DNA of 62,093 bases, the filler included. It is 6 parts of 6 records of this genome, joined end to end, with 100 filler letters (N's around TTAATTAATTAA, not from the genome) between each part and the next. Parts side by side here need not be neighbours in the genome. Positions count along the whole stretch, not along the records: positions 43,340 to 51,304 come from SRR31156797_43712; positions 51,405 to 56,683 come from SRR31156797_43721; positions 56,784 to 62,093 come from SRR31156797_43775; 3 more parts are not named here. The stretch is one strand, 5' to 3'. The notes under the pieces are model-generated. The model did not search any database, was not told the origin of the DNA, and saw only the letters and a list, made by a program, of their open reading frames with translations. This document shows, piece by piece, positions 47,847-58,540 of the stretch. Every line of letters begins with the position of its first letter. Position 1 is the stretch's first letter. The position numbers and the translations under genes are program-made.

Positions 47847-48713
47847 ATGGAGTTTTATAAAACCTCACGTGATGAAAAAATGATCTGTTTATTGTGCGGG
47901 CATTATTGTAATATAAAAGTAGGACATACAGGTGTTTGTGGAGTAAATAAAAATATTGGAGAAAAAATAGAGTGTTTGGTGTATGGATATCCAAATGCTA
48001 TGAATATTGATCCTATAGAGAAAAAACCTTTATATCATTTTCTTCCAAATACACAAACTTTTTCACTTGGAACTGTTGGGTGTAACTTTCATTGTTCCTT
48101 TTGTCAAAATTGGCAGTTGTCTCAAACAGATCATATAAATAAAGAACATTACTATTCAGCAGAAGATATAGTAAAACTTTCACTTCATTATAGATGTGAA
48201 TCGATCTCATATACTTATAATGAACCAACGATCTTTTTCCCTTATATTCAAGATATTGCTTCTTTAGCTCATCAAAATGGACTAAAAAATATCATGGTAA
48301 CTAATGGGTTTGAATCTTTAGAAGTAAGAGAAAAGATGGTAGGATTAATTGATGCATTAAATGTGGATCTAAAATCATTTGATGAAAAATATTATAAGAA
48401 AAATCTAGGTGGAAAACTGGAAGTGATCTTGGATAATTTAAAGTTTTTTGTACAAAATGGGATTCATACAGAGATCACCACACTTATTGTTCCTACACAA
48501 AATGACTCTAAAGAGGAGCTTCAAAAGATCGCTTCTTTTATAGATGATGAGCTTGGAAGTGATATTGTTTGGCATATCTCAGCTTTTCATCCAGACTATA
48601 AGGAGATGGAACTTCCAAGAACTTCAATAGAGACTCTTAAAATGGCTAGAGAGATAGGATATGATAGTGGACTTAAAAATATATATCTAGGAAATGTAAG
48701 CAGTACTATTTAA
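47847..48713 (+). CDS. amrS: AmmeMemoRadiSam system radical SAM enzyme
   Basis: CLLCGHYC, IDPIEKKPLYHF, GCNFHCSFCQNW, YTYNEP. Confidence 0.92.
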   Translation: MEFYKTSRDEKMICLLCGHYCNIKVGHTGVCGVNKNIGEKIECLVYGYPNAMNIDPIEKKPLYHFLPNTQTFSLGTVGCNFHCSFCQNWQLSQTDHINKEHYYSAEDIVKLSLHYRCESISYTYNEPTIFFPYIQDIASLAHQNGLKNIMVTNGFESLEVREKMVGLIDALNVDLKSFDEKYYKKNLGGKLEVILDNLKFFVQNGIHTEITTLIVPTQNDSKEELQKIASFIDDELGSDIVWHISAFHPDYKEMELPRTSIETLKMAREIGYDSGLKNIYLGNVSSTI

Positions 48714-48727
48714 TACGAAGGATTATA

Positions 48728-49072
48728 ATGGAAAAAGAAAACCTATTGATAGTGATATCAAGTGATAATAAAAATTCAATTATGAAGTTTCCTTTACTTT
48801 ATGGGGGAGTTGCACTTCCTAGAGAGTATTGGAAGAGGGTGCATATTATGTTTTGGGGAGATTCAATTCCACTTGCAAGTAGTGATATAGATATCAGAAA
48901 AAAAGTACTTGATATGCAAAAAGATGGAGTGGAGTTTAGTTCATGTGTAGTGTGTGCTGAGGAGTATCAAGTAGTAGAGCAGCTTGAATCAATAGGGATA
49001 GTTTGTAATCATACAGGGGAGCTATTAACTGAAGCTTTAAAAAGTGAGAGTTGGTCAACTTTAACTATATAG
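48728..49072 (+). CDS. DsrE-like family protein with CxxC
   Basis: VHIMFWG...GVEFSSCVVCAE pattern typical of the DsrE/DsrF-like fold. Confidence 0.7.
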   Translation: MEKENLLIVISSDNKNSIMKFPLLYGGVALPREYWKRVHIMFWGDSIPLASSDIDIRKKVLDMQKDGVEFSSCVVCAEEYQVVEQLESIGIVCNHTGELLTEALKSESWSTLTI

Positions 49073-49090
49073 TATAGATGGAGAAATAGT

Positions 49091-49888
49091 ATGAGTAAGA
49101 GAAAATTAGCAGTATCAGGACAGTTTTATCCTGATATTGAAGATGAGTTACAAAGATATTTGGAGCATTTTAATAACGTATTAGATGATAATAATATTAA
49201 AGTAGATGAAACTCTTCATCCAAGAGCTATTATCGTTCCACATGCTGGATATATCTATAGTGGTTTTACGGCAAATATAGCCTATAAATATATCCCAAAA
49301 GATATAGAAAATATTATAGTTATAGGTCCATCTCATCGATATGGTTTTGATGGAGCAAGTGTTGCTTTATATGATACTTATCCTACACCTTTTGGAGAAT
49401 TAACGATCAATCAAGCGTTATCAAAGAGTTTAATGGATAAGTTTGATTTTTTACATTTTTACGATGAGGTGCATAGTGAGCACTCTACTGAGACACAGTT
49501 TCCTTTTATCAAATATTATACTAAGGCAAAAAAAGTAGTTGAGATCATTTATAGTCAGTGTGAGTATGAAGATATGGCAAAAGTGATAAAAGAGCTTTTA
49601 GAAGATGAAAAGAATTTTATTGTTATAAGTACAGATCTAAGCCATTTTTATACTTTAGATGTGGCAAAACAAAAAGATACAGTATGTTTAAATGCAATTA
49701 GTAGTAATAATTTAGAGACTTTTACAAAAGAGTGTGAAGCGTGTGGTATTATAGGAGTCAAAGGATTGATAAAAGTTACAAGTGAGTTACAGTATCAAGT
49801 AAAACTGCTTGATTATCGAACCAGCGCAGATACCAGTGGTGATTCTAAAAGTGTAGTAGGATACACAAGTTTTGTAATACACTCCTAA
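49091..49888 (+). CDS. amrB: AmmeMemoRadiSam system protein B (MEMO1 family)
   Basis: AVSGQFYP, PHAGYIYSG, GPSH, EHSTE, STDLSHF, VVGY. Confidence 0.92.
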   Translation: MSKRKLAVSGQFYPDIEDELQRYLEHFNNVLDDNNIKVDETLHPRAIIVPHAGYIYSGFTANIAYKYIPKDIENIIVIGPSHRYGFDGASVALYDTYPTPFGELTINQALSKSLMDKFDFLHFYDEVHSEHSTETQFPFIKYYTKAKKVVEIIYSQCEYEDMAKVIKELLEDEKNFIVISTDLSHFYTLDVAKQKDTVCLNAISSNNLETFTKECEACGIIGVKGLIKVTSELQYQVKLLDYRTSADTSGDSKSVVGYTSFVIHS

Positions 49889-49936
49889 ATAAAATGTAAA
49901 AAGTTGAAAATAATAGTATTTTATGTATAATAAGAC

Positions 49937-51304
49937 ATGATATATAACATTTTATTAATTGATGAGAATGAATCAGCAATAAACACAAGAAATTTGTTAA
50001 ATCCTATTGAAGGTAAAGAGGTCGTCATATGTAACGATGAAATCATGCTTTCAAGAATTTTAAAGTTTAATGATATTCATTTAGTTTTAATCAATCAAAA
50101 TGTTATAACTCTCAAACACTTAGAAAATATCCTAAATGAGAATAACACAAAATATGATCTGCTTCCTATTATTATATTAGGTCCTAGTATTGATGAAGAT
50201 TTTACAAATACTGATCTATTGATCTATGATTATGTTGATATAGGATTTAAAAAAGAAGTGATCTGCAATAAAATCAAGTTTTGTCAAAAACTTTATAAAA
50301 AAGAGTTAGAGCATGAATACCATATAAAAAGACTCTTATATGTTGATAACCTCACAGGACTTCCAAATAGATTAAAACTTATCAAAGATGTTCAAGATGA
50401 AGCTTTTAATATTGATGCTTTAGCGATTATTGATCTTAATTCATTTAAAGAGATCAATGATTTCTTTGGTCATAAAACAGGGGATAATATCTTAAAAGCT
50501 GTTGTTGATATTATCAATAAGTTGATCCATTTTGTAAAAGAGAATATAGAATTTTATAAATTCTCAGCAGATGTATATTGTCTGGCAAATAAAGGTATGT
50601 CTCATGAAGATTTTGAGAATCTCGTTACTTATATTTTAGGGGCTTTAGAGGGTGAAGTATTTGAAATAGGGGAACATGAGATCGATGTTCAAGCAACAGC
50701 TGGAATCACCTTTTCTACTCGAAATAATAAACTTATCACTGCTGATATTGCACTACAAGCTGCTAAAAAACAAAATAAAGACTATATAGTATTTTATGAA
50801 GAGCTTGATAATCTAAGAGAGTACCAAAATAATATGCTTTGGACAAAAAAGCTTAAAAAAGCTTTAGAAAAAGATAATATCATAGTCTATTTTCAACCAC
50901 TTGTAAATAATGTGACTCTAAATGTTGATAAATATGAATGTTTGGTACGGCTATATGATGAGGATGAGGATAAAGTAGTATCACCATTTTTCTTTTTAGA
51001 AGTAGCAAAAAAAGCAAACCAATATGCAAATATCACAAAAATAGTGATTGAAAAATCTTTTAAAGAGTTTAGTGATAAACCATTTGAGTTTTCACTTAAT
51101 ATCTCATATGAAGACATCGAAGATAAATACCTCTTACCCTTTATTGAAGATAGATTACGTAAATATCCAGGGATTGCAAATAGGGTGGTTTGGGAGATCT
51201 TAGAGGATGAGGGTATAAGAAACTATGATGTTTTATTAGACTTTATTAAAAGTGTAAAAGAGCTTGGATGTAAAATTGCAATTGATGATTTTGGAAGTGG
51301 ATAT
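49937..51304 (+). CDS. REC-like/GGDEF/EAL protein, 3'-truncated; GGDEF motif degenerate
   Basis: DNLTGLPNR, SADVY in place of GGDEF, ECLVRL, IAIDDFGSGY. Confidence 0.88.
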
Positions 51305-51404
51305 NNNNNNNNNNNNNNNNNNNNNNNNNNNNNNNNNNNNNNNNNNNNTTAATTAATTAANNNNNNNNNNNNNNNNNNNNNNNNNNNNNNNNNNNNNNNN
51401 NNNN
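51305..51404. other. Artificial contig linker
   Basis: N44-TTAATTAATTAA-N44. Confidence 0.98.
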
Positions 51405-51406
51405 GA

Positions 51407-51898
51407 ATAGCCGACACACAACCTATTCGAAAAAAAGATTTTCCGAATGAGGAATATATAAAAAGTTTTCTACGAAAATTCAAAATCCCCTATTTAGTAC
51501 TTTGCATACCAGCCGCGATTCTGTTCTGTCTAGTTGCTTTTTTTCCACCTGGCAAGATCGTTTATTCAATCCCAATCGATGGAATGCAAACAGAAATCCG
51601 GATCAGCCCAAAAGCTCATAATGCAATAGAACTAAATGGCGTAATCAATAAAGAGTTTTCCACAATAATACCTATTCAAGAGTTTTTAACTTATCCAGGA
51701 CTAAAAACTGAGATACAAGTTAACCGCTTAGAAGGAATGTTAGAATATTGGTGGTTGTTCTATCTCTTTCTTTTCCCCACAATACTTATGGCAGCCGGTT
51801 ATTGGTTTCTATTACAGACAAGAAAACTTCGTAAATTGCTCAATACAGAAGTCAAAACAGGATGTCCAATAAAGAATAATAAAGAACAAAACTCTTAA
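51407..51898 (+). CDS. Hypothetical membrane protein, 5'-truncated
   Basis: Frame open from the contig edge; two hydrophobic segments. Confidence 0.55.
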   Translation: MADTQPIRKKDFPNEEYIKSFLRKFKIPYLVLCIPAAILFCLVAFFPPGKIVYSIPIDGMQTEIRISPKAHNAIELNGVINKEFSTIIPIQEFLTYPGLKTEIQVNRLEGMLEYWWLFYLFLFPTILMAAGYWFLLQTRKLRKLLNTEVKTGCPIKNNKEQNS

Positions 51899-51946
51899 TA
51901 GTACTACGCGATCATTTTTTCTATTACCCGATCAAGGATTCTCGCA

Positions 51947-54900
51947 ATGTCAGTTGAAAAAGGCGGAAGAGCAACATGGCTCGGTGATTCATATGAACAA
52001 CTCTTCGCTACCGAAATAGCTTTAGATGTCATAACAGGTAAAGCTATTTCAATCCAGATGCAGCCAATAGGCGAAGATGAGAAAGGAGTAGACATTTGGA
52101 TAACATACCCCTTAAACAAGAAGGTTGCTGTCCAACTCAAACGTCAGCATCTCGAACAAGATTACTGGACACCTTCGGATTTAGAAAAAGAGAAAATCCT
52201 TTCTCACGCGAAATTTCAGCTAGAAAGAGATCCAAATTTTGAATTCTGGTTTGTATCATCATGCAAAGTTCAAACATTAAAAGATCTTCGCGATAGACTG
52301 AGACGAGTTGTACACGGACCTGATGAATTCTTAAAACACCATATCAATACACATCCGAAAAGAAAAAAAGCTTTTGAAATATTAATGAACGCTTGGGACT
52401 TGGATCCCCATAAACATATAGGCAAAGCGATCGAACTTCTTAGGAAGATTTCTTTTATTGTATATGACTATTCAAAATTCACTCGCGACCTCATCGAAAA
52501 CAGAACCAGCATACTCATTGAGGGCAATACTAACTCAATAGTTGCTTCAATCGGAGATTACTTATCTCAGAACATTGGAACAATCATTAACGCAACACTC
52601 CTACGGCAACATCTACGAGATAGTGGGTTTTCTTTTAGACAATTGGCTGGAGAACCCAGTCTTCAAGAAGGAATAGAAGACAATCAAGATAGATTTGCAA
52701 GAATTATTCGCAACAATTTGATAATGGAACAATCCATTACAAGGACTGAAACCACAACAATAATTGAAGCAATCAACTCTGAAGAACCTCCCCAACTAAT
52801 AATAGTCCACGGAGAAGCAGGCTGCGGAAAGAGTGTAGTACTATATCAGGTTTTTGAAAAACTTTTATTAGAAAACATACCAGTCCTACCTATTGACCTT
52901 AAAACCAGAAGACCAGAAGAAAAACCCGAATCCTATGGACAAAGGAAATGCAACTTACCGTCTTCTCCAGCCATCACCTTGGAATACGCAAGAGAACAAA
53001 AACATGCAGTATTGATTTATGATCAAATGGACTCGTTACGATATAACACAACTCACTCTGAGGAAATATGGAGCTACTTTCAAGACTTACTCAAAGAGTC
53101 TGTTACAAACAAAAACATCACAACCATAGTCGCTACAAGATCAATTGATTATGAGAACGATCCACATATTTCCGAAATCAAAAAAAACGTTAATCATTAT
53201 GGCGCAAAAAAACTAGAATTCAAAATTAATGATTTTGACAAAGAAGACGTCATTCATATTTTATCCACAAAAAAGTTGAACAAAGAGAATACTCCACATC
53301 ACCAAATAGAATTACTTAAAAAACCTTTTCTGTTACATATGTGGTTAGATTTATCAGAAAAACATAATAATATTTCTTTCACATCCTCTTCACAACTAAT
53401 AGATAAATATTTTACTGAGCTTTCAAACACAATCTCAAAAAAACTGAACCTCGATTTAGAAAAAGTCTGGAAATGCATAAACTCATTAAGCGAGTATTTG
53501 GATAGCAATGGCGTACCAGGAGCCAGTAGGCATTTTTTTGAAAGCGCAATAGACATCATACAAGAGTTAGCTATAAATGGCATTGTCTATTTAGAGGACA
53601 ATACGGTTTTCTTTTCACACCAAAGCTATCTTGATTATCTAGTAGCAAAAAAAGTTTTTATTGAATCCACAAACGAAGGAAGCACACCACAAGCCTGGTT
53701 ACTAAAAAAACAAGGCTTATTCAGACGTGAGCAGCTTCGCCAACTTCTCTATTTACTACGCGATTCGGAGCAGGAAAGATATGAAAACTTCCTCAGCGAT
53801 GTTCTTTTAAATCCTGAAACAAGATTTCACATCAAACACTTAATATGGGGATTCCTTAAACATGTTAACTCAATACGAATTCACGAGATTAATATCATAC
53901 GAAACAGCCTCACGAATTCATCTGAAAGAACTCATATCTTTGCACACATCTTAAATCATTCCACTGTTTGGTTTGATGCACTAAACACGCATGGTGTATT
54001 ACCAGACTTAATTGAGAAAGAAAAAAAAGACATTGGAATATCTAAGGAAAATATGTGGTTTCTCCAGACTATTACAAAAGACCGCCCAAATGAGGTAGAC
54101 AAACTTCTACAACCCTTCTGGAGAAACTGTGAACAATGGGAAGAGGAACTTATATCTTTTCTAACTTACGATCCAAACGAAGATTCCCCAGAAATGAAAC
54201 CTTTCCGATTAAAAATGCTTAACAAAGGAAGAATCAATCTTAGCTGGTACCATATTGAAGTACTGGCAAAAACACAGCCGGAATATGCATTTCAAATTGC
54301 TAAGGCGATTTTGGATCAATGGTTCAATTCACAGAAAAGCGAGTCTAAACCAAAATTCCTATTGTCACATTCTGAGGTCGATGACTTAACTGATTTCAGC
54401 AATGAAGTTAAAAAAAACAGTGCCTACTGCTGGAATCTATTCAGAGAAATCTATCTTGGAATAAAAAAAGAAAGCACCCAAAAACAATGGACATCAAAAG
54501 GAATCATACCAGACAATGATTACCTTTCAAAACCCGCGGAGACTTTCGTGGATCAGATAATGATGTCAGCACTTCAAGGTCTTGCAGCAACATTCCCTGC
54601 GTTATTTATTGAAAAAGTACAGAGTCTATCAGCTGATGAATTACCTTTTTTTGAATACAAAATCATGAAAAGCCTCGAAGTTGGTTGCTTCGATCTTGCA
54701 GACTTTGCAATTGATTGGGTTTGCAAAAAACAAATACGTTTTTCCTCAGGAAATAGTTCGCATGAAAATAAGTGGGATCCCGCTTGTAGGATAGTTAAGC
54801 GTTTTTCTACACACTGTTCTGAAGCAATCTACAATAATCTTGAGACCTTCATCTTGGGCTATCATGACGACTGGGAAATCAAAAGTGTCGAAATACAATT

Positions 54901-56560
54901 ACTTGACATACGCCGCGGGAGATTCACTGCGCCAAATGAATATGGAAGGGCGCAAAACCACCTACTTAACTCACTTCCTGAAGAAAGAAAAACGAAAGAC
55001 TGTACTGAACGGACCAAGTTATGGGTAAATAAATTTGGCAACCCAGGAGAAAACGAACACCCTCAACAGATGCAGCACATGAGAAGAATCCACTCACCAA
55101 TTCCGGCTGAAAGAGTGCATCTAGTAAGCGATAAGAACTGGATAGACATTTGCGCTCGCAATTGGCATGGCGAAAATGAGCAATGGAAAGATACTGGAAG
55201 GGAAACATACAGTGAATGCTCTTCACGTTTCTTTTCGGAATCCCTTGAAAGTGCAGCAAAGCTTGACCCAGTTAGATTTGCAAAGCTTGCAACCAGACTA
55301 CCCCAAAACGCAGATTCACAGTATTTTGCAGCCATAATCAGTGGGATTCACGATCACTTAAGACAAACTCCTTCAGAAAATGTTGACCCTATTTTCTCGG
55401 CCCAACTCGAACAAATAGCAGACCATTTATATGATGATGAATATAGCTATATTGTTAAGCGTTATTGCATGATAGTCGAAGAATTTGAAATCTTAGACTT
55501 TTCATCAACAATGCATGATCGTCTTATCAGGTTTTCTTCAAATCCCAACCCACTGCCAAATGAATACGCCGTCCACAGTTCGAATGGAGAAAATTCTAAA
55601 TCGGAACCCGACATTGCAGCTTCGGCAATTAATTGTGCACGTGGCGCTGTATCATCTGCAATAGCATCACTCCTATCAAGAAGACCTGAACTAATTCAAA
55701 CTTTTCTTCCAACAATAAGGAAATTACTTTTCGACAAGAATGCAGCTGTTCAACATGAAGCTTTCCGGCTATGCCTTGCAGTTTATAACCATGATGAAAC
55801 TCTTTCCATTGAACTGGCAATAAAAGCATCTGCAGAAGCTGAGGATGTCGCCCTTGAGAGTCATTGGTTACAAAACTTGATTGGTTACGCAAGATTTAGA
55901 CACATGAATGAATTAAACTCAATTATAATGCGAATGTTGAATTCAAAACGCAATGAACTTGCAAAGATGGGTGCTTTATGGAGCACTGTAAGATTTCTCG
56001 AAACAAAGGACGAACAAGACCTATTTAATCAATGCAAATCAGACAGCAAATCACACAGATCAGGAAAGACTGAAGCAGCTTTTGAACTATTTAGAAAAAA
56101 CAAGGAAACCGATGCCTCTGTTAAGATTCTTATTGAATGTTTCAATGATGAAGAAAAAGAAATTAGACGAATAGGTTCGAGAATATTTCTTTTGGAGAAT
56201 TTCTTTGACAAACCCAATAGCACAGAGTTGGCCATTCTTTATTCAAAATCAAGAGCTTTCTATGACGATCCTGATCTATTTCTTAATGAACTCGATTCAT
56301 CAACCGAAAGAATTCTAGAATATAGAGAATTGATTCTTCGAGTCCTTGACCAATATCTTGAACTAGATTTTGAAGAATGCGGCACAGCAAATTATCAATT
56401 CTTTGGTTTTGAAAACGACATCACCTCTCTTCTTTTCAAGTTATATAGACACGCATACACTGCAAGAAACAAAGAACTCCAGAACAAGTGCCTTGATCTC
56501 TGGGATGCATTACTTCAAAAAGGCGGGAGATTATCTCCAGAATTTATTGATTGCATATAG
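51947..56560 (+). CDS. Large nuclease-STAND NTPase with a helical-repeat C-terminus (Avs/AVAST-like defence protein)
   Basis: N-terminal YE...GVDIW...VQLK PD-(D/E)xK-like motif; Walker A GEAGCGKS; Walker B LIYDQMD; FSHQSYLDYL; long helical tail. Confidence 0.8.
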   Translation: MSVEKGGRATWLGDSYEQLFATEIALDVITGKAISIQMQPIGEDEKGVDIWITYPLNKKVAVQLKRQHLEQDYWTPSDLEKEKILSHAKFQLERDPNFEFWFVSSCKVQTLKDLRDRLRRVVHGPDEFLKHHINTHPKRKKAFEILMNAWDLDPHKHIGKAIELLRKISFIVYDYSKFTRDLIENRTSILIEGNTNSIVASIGDYLSQNIGTIINATLLRQHLRDSGFSFRQLAGEPSLQEGIEDNQDRFARIIRNNLIMEQSITRTETTTIIEAINSEEPPQLIIVHGEAGCGKSVVLYQVFEKLLLENIPVLPIDLKTRRPEEKPESYGQRKCNLPSSPAITLEYAREQKHAVLIYDQMDSLRYNTTHSEEIWSYFQDLLKESVTNKNITTIVATRSIDYENDPHISEIKKNVNHYGAKKLEFKINDFDKEDVIHILSTKKLNKENTPHHQIELLKKPFLLHMWLDLSEKHNNISFTSSSQLIDKYFTELSNTISKKLNLDLEKVWKCINSLSEYLDSNGVPGASRHFFESAIDIIQELAINGIVYLEDNTVFFSHQSYLDYLVAKKVFIESTNEGSTPQAWLLKKQGLFRREQLRQLLYLLRDSEQERYENFLSDVLLNPETRFHIKHLIWGFLKHVNSIRIHEINIIRNSLTNSSERTHIFAHILNHSTVWFDALNTHGVLPDLIEKEKKDIGISKENMWFLQTITKDRPNEVDKLLQPFWRNCEQWEEELISFLTYDPNEDSPEMKPFRLKMLNKGRINLSWYHIEVLAKTQPEYAFQIAKAILDQWFNSQKSESKPKFLLSHSEVDDLTDFSNEVKKNSAYCWNLFREIYLGIKKESTQKQWTSKGIIPDNDYLSKPAETFVDQIMMSALQGLAATFPALFIEKVQSLSADELPFFEYKIMKSLEVGCFDLADFAIDWVCKKQIRFSSGNSSHENKWDPACRIVKRFSTHCSEAIYNNLETFILGYHDDWEIKSVEIQLLDIRRGRFTAPNEYGRAQNHLLNSLPEERKTKDCTERTKLWVNKFGNPGENEHPQQMQHMRRIHSPIPAERVHLVSDKNWIDICARNWHGENEQWKDTGRETYSECSSRFFSESLESAAKLDPVRFAKLATRLPQNADSQYFAAIISGIHDHLRQTPSENVDPIFSAQLEQIADHLYDDEYSYIVKRYCMIVEEFEILDFSSTMHDRLIRFSSNPNPLPNEYAVHSSNGENSKSEPDIAASAINCARGAVSSAIASLLSRRPELIQTFLPTIRKLLFDKNAAVQHEAFRLCLAVYNHDETLSIELAIKASAEAEDVALESHWLQNLIGYARFRHMNELNSIIMRMLNSKRNELAKMGALWSTVRFLETKDEQDLFNQCKSDSKSHRSGKTEAAFELFRKNKETDASVKILIECFNDEEKEIRRIGSRIFLLENFFDKPNSTELAILYSKSRAFYDDPDLFLNELDSSTERILEYRELILRVLDQYLELDFEECGTANYQFFGFENDITSLLFKLYRHAYTARNKELQNKCLDLWDALLQKGGRLSPEFIDCI

Positions 56561-56656
56561 ATTACCATTATTCACAGAGTTTTTAAAAAGACAGAACAAA
56601 TCCATTCAAGCAGGATAGGGGTGAGAAGAAACAAGAAATGAAATGGTTTCTACTGA

Positions 56657-56683
56657 GGTCGTGTCAAGTTTTGTGTAAATTGC
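56657..56683. mobile_element. Possible IS terminal inverted repeat (IS256-like) at the contig break
   Basis: GTGTCAAGTTTTGTGTAAA resembles, from recall, IS256-family ends; no transposase visible. Confidence 0.35.
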
Positions 56684-56783
56684 NNNNNNNNNNNNNNNNN
56701 NNNNNNNNNNNNNNNNNNNNNNNNNNNTTAATTAATTAANNNNNNNNNNNNNNNNNNNNNNNNNNNNNNNNNNNNNNNNNNNN
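56684..56783. other. Artificial contig linker
   Basis: N44-TTAATTAATTAA-N44. Confidence 0.98.
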
Positions 56784-58349
56784 ATGGGCGGCGTCATCAA
56801 TATCATCACCAAAAAAGGCGGCAAAAAGCCCGTCACCACCTTCACCACCTCCTTTGGCGAGAACAACACCCAAAACTATATCGCAAGCCACGGCGGCACC
56901 CGGGGCAAATTCAACTACTGGCTGAACTACGGGTATCGTTCCTCCGACGGATTCCGGCTGTCCCGGGATTTTGATAAGCACAACGACCTGACCGGCCTTG
57001 GCACCGAGTTCAACGAGGACGGCGGCACCCGGGACCTGAGCCATTACATCAAACGCACCGCCAACGCCAAGCTGGGGTATGAGCATGACACCGATTCCAA
57101 GGTTTACCTCTCCTTTGACTACCACAACAATGAAAAGGGATGCCCCACCCACAGCTACCGCTACTGGAAGTATAACGAGTGGGACCAGTGGCAGCTGAAC
57201 CTGGTGGGCCAGCACGATGTGAGCGACCGGGTCACCATGAAAGCCAGGATTTTCTATGTGGACCACGACGACACCCTCGAGGATGTCAGCTGGGACAAGG
57301 ATCACAGCACCCCGTCCAAAAAGAAATGGTTTGAGACCAGCAGCTACGAAGACAAAAGCTACGGCGGCGAGGTACAGGCCTATATGGACCTGGGCCCCTG
57401 GAGCCAGCTGAAGCTTGGCATGAACTACCTCAAGGACAACCACAAGCAGCAGGACTTTGTTGATACGGGTGCCAACCCCGGCCTCCGGCCCAGGGAAGAG
57501 TACGAAGCGGACACATATTCCTTTGCCGTTGAAAACGAAATCCTGGCCATTGACAAACTCTCCATGATCGTGGGCTTCAGCTACGACACCAAGGACCCCA
57601 AGAAAGCAAACAACCAGCCGGTTCCCGCTAAAATGGACGCCTTCAATCCCCAGGCCGGTATCGTCTATGATGTAACCGACACCTTTTCCCTCCATGCCTC
57701 CGTGGGCAAGAAGACACGGTTCCCCCAGCTCAAGGAGCTGTACAGCAAGGTGGGCGGCGGCAATCCCGACCTGGAGCCCCAGCAGACCATCGCATACGAG
57801 GTGGGCGCGTCCAAGCGGTTCAACAACCGGCTCAACCTCTCCCTGGCCCTGTTCTACAACGATATTGACGACCGGATCGTTTACAAGCGGAAGGAAGAGA
57901 TCAATACCAACATTGGAGAAAGCACCATCAAGGGCGTTGAATTTGACATGGACCTCACCCCCGTTGAAAAGCTGGACATCAATGTAAACTACACTTGGCT
58001 GTCCGCCAGGGACAAGGCCGACAGCTCAAGCCCGGAACAGGATTCGGAATACACCCCCGAGCACAAACTCAACCTGGGCCTGGGCTATGCCTTTGATTTC
58101 GGCCTGTCCACCTTTCTCCAGGCGTCCTACACCTCGGACCAAATCGAATATGACAAACAAGGCAACAAGATCGACTATGACGGCTTCTTCCTGATAAACG
58201 CCAAGTTAGTCCAGAAGCTGCCCATGATCCACGGCCTGGATTCGGAGATCTTCCTTGATTTGAAGAATCTCACGGACAAGGACTACGAAGAAAGCAACGG
58301 CCCCATGCCCGGCAGGAACTTCCTCGCCGGCATGACCGTCACCTTCTAA
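56784..58349 (+). CDS. TonB-dependent receptor, 5'-truncated
   Basis: Starts at the end of the plug (GGVINIITKK); NPDLEPQ; C-terminal Phe. Confidence 0.9.
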   Translation: MGGVINIITKKGGKKPVTTFTTSFGENNTQNYIASHGGTRGKFNYWLNYGYRSSDGFRLSRDFDKHNDLTGLGTEFNEDGGTRDLSHYIKRTANAKLGYEHDTDSKVYLSFDYHNNEKGCPTHSYRYWKYNEWDQWQLNLVGQHDVSDRVTMKARIFYVDHDDTLEDVSWDKDHSTPSKKKWFETSSYEDKSYGGEVQAYMDLGPWSQLKLGMNYLKDNHKQQDFVDTGANPGLRPREEYEADTYSFAVENEILAIDKLSMIVGFSYDTKDPKKANNQPVPAKMDAFNPQAGIVYDVTDTFSLHASVGKKTRFPQLKELYSKVGGGNPDLEPQQTIAYEVGASKRFNNRLNLSLALFYNDIDDRIVYKRKEEINTNIGESTIKGVEFDMDLTPVEKLDINVNYTWLSARDKADSSSPEQDSEYTPEHKLNLGLGYAFDFGLSTFLQASYTSDQIEYDKQGNKIDYDGFFLINAKLVQKLPMIHGLDSEIFLDLKNLTDKDYEESNGPMPGRNFLAGMTVTF

Positions 58350-58386
58350 CACCCTGGGGGCTGGCTTTTTTATCAACACCCGGGGA

Positions 58387-58456
58387 CAGACGAATCACCC
58401 GGGGGGGGCAAACGAAGCTCTCGGTGACAGGCGAAGCAACCGGGCTCAAACGAAGC
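58387..58456 (+). repeat. Four degenerate 10-bp direct repeats
   Basis: CAGACGAATC 58387, CAAACGAAGC 58409, CAGGCGAAGC 58428, CAAACGAAGC 58447. Confidence 0.55.
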
Positions 58457-58488
58457 ACAGAGGCAAGCTTTTTTATTGCCCCGCAGTC

Positions 58489-58540
58489 GGGGTCAGGCTT
58501 TTTTTATTGCGGCCCTTTGCAATAAAGAAAGCCTGACCCC
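58489..58540. repeat. Long REP-like hairpin
   Basis: GGGGTCAGGCTTTTTTTATTGC-N8-GCAATAAAGAAAGCCTGACCCC; 22-bp stem with one G-T pair. Confidence 0.75.

Noticed and set aside
58387-58456. Mini CRISPR array
   Set aside because: Units of 10 bp with 9-12 nt spacers are far too short, and no cas genes are present
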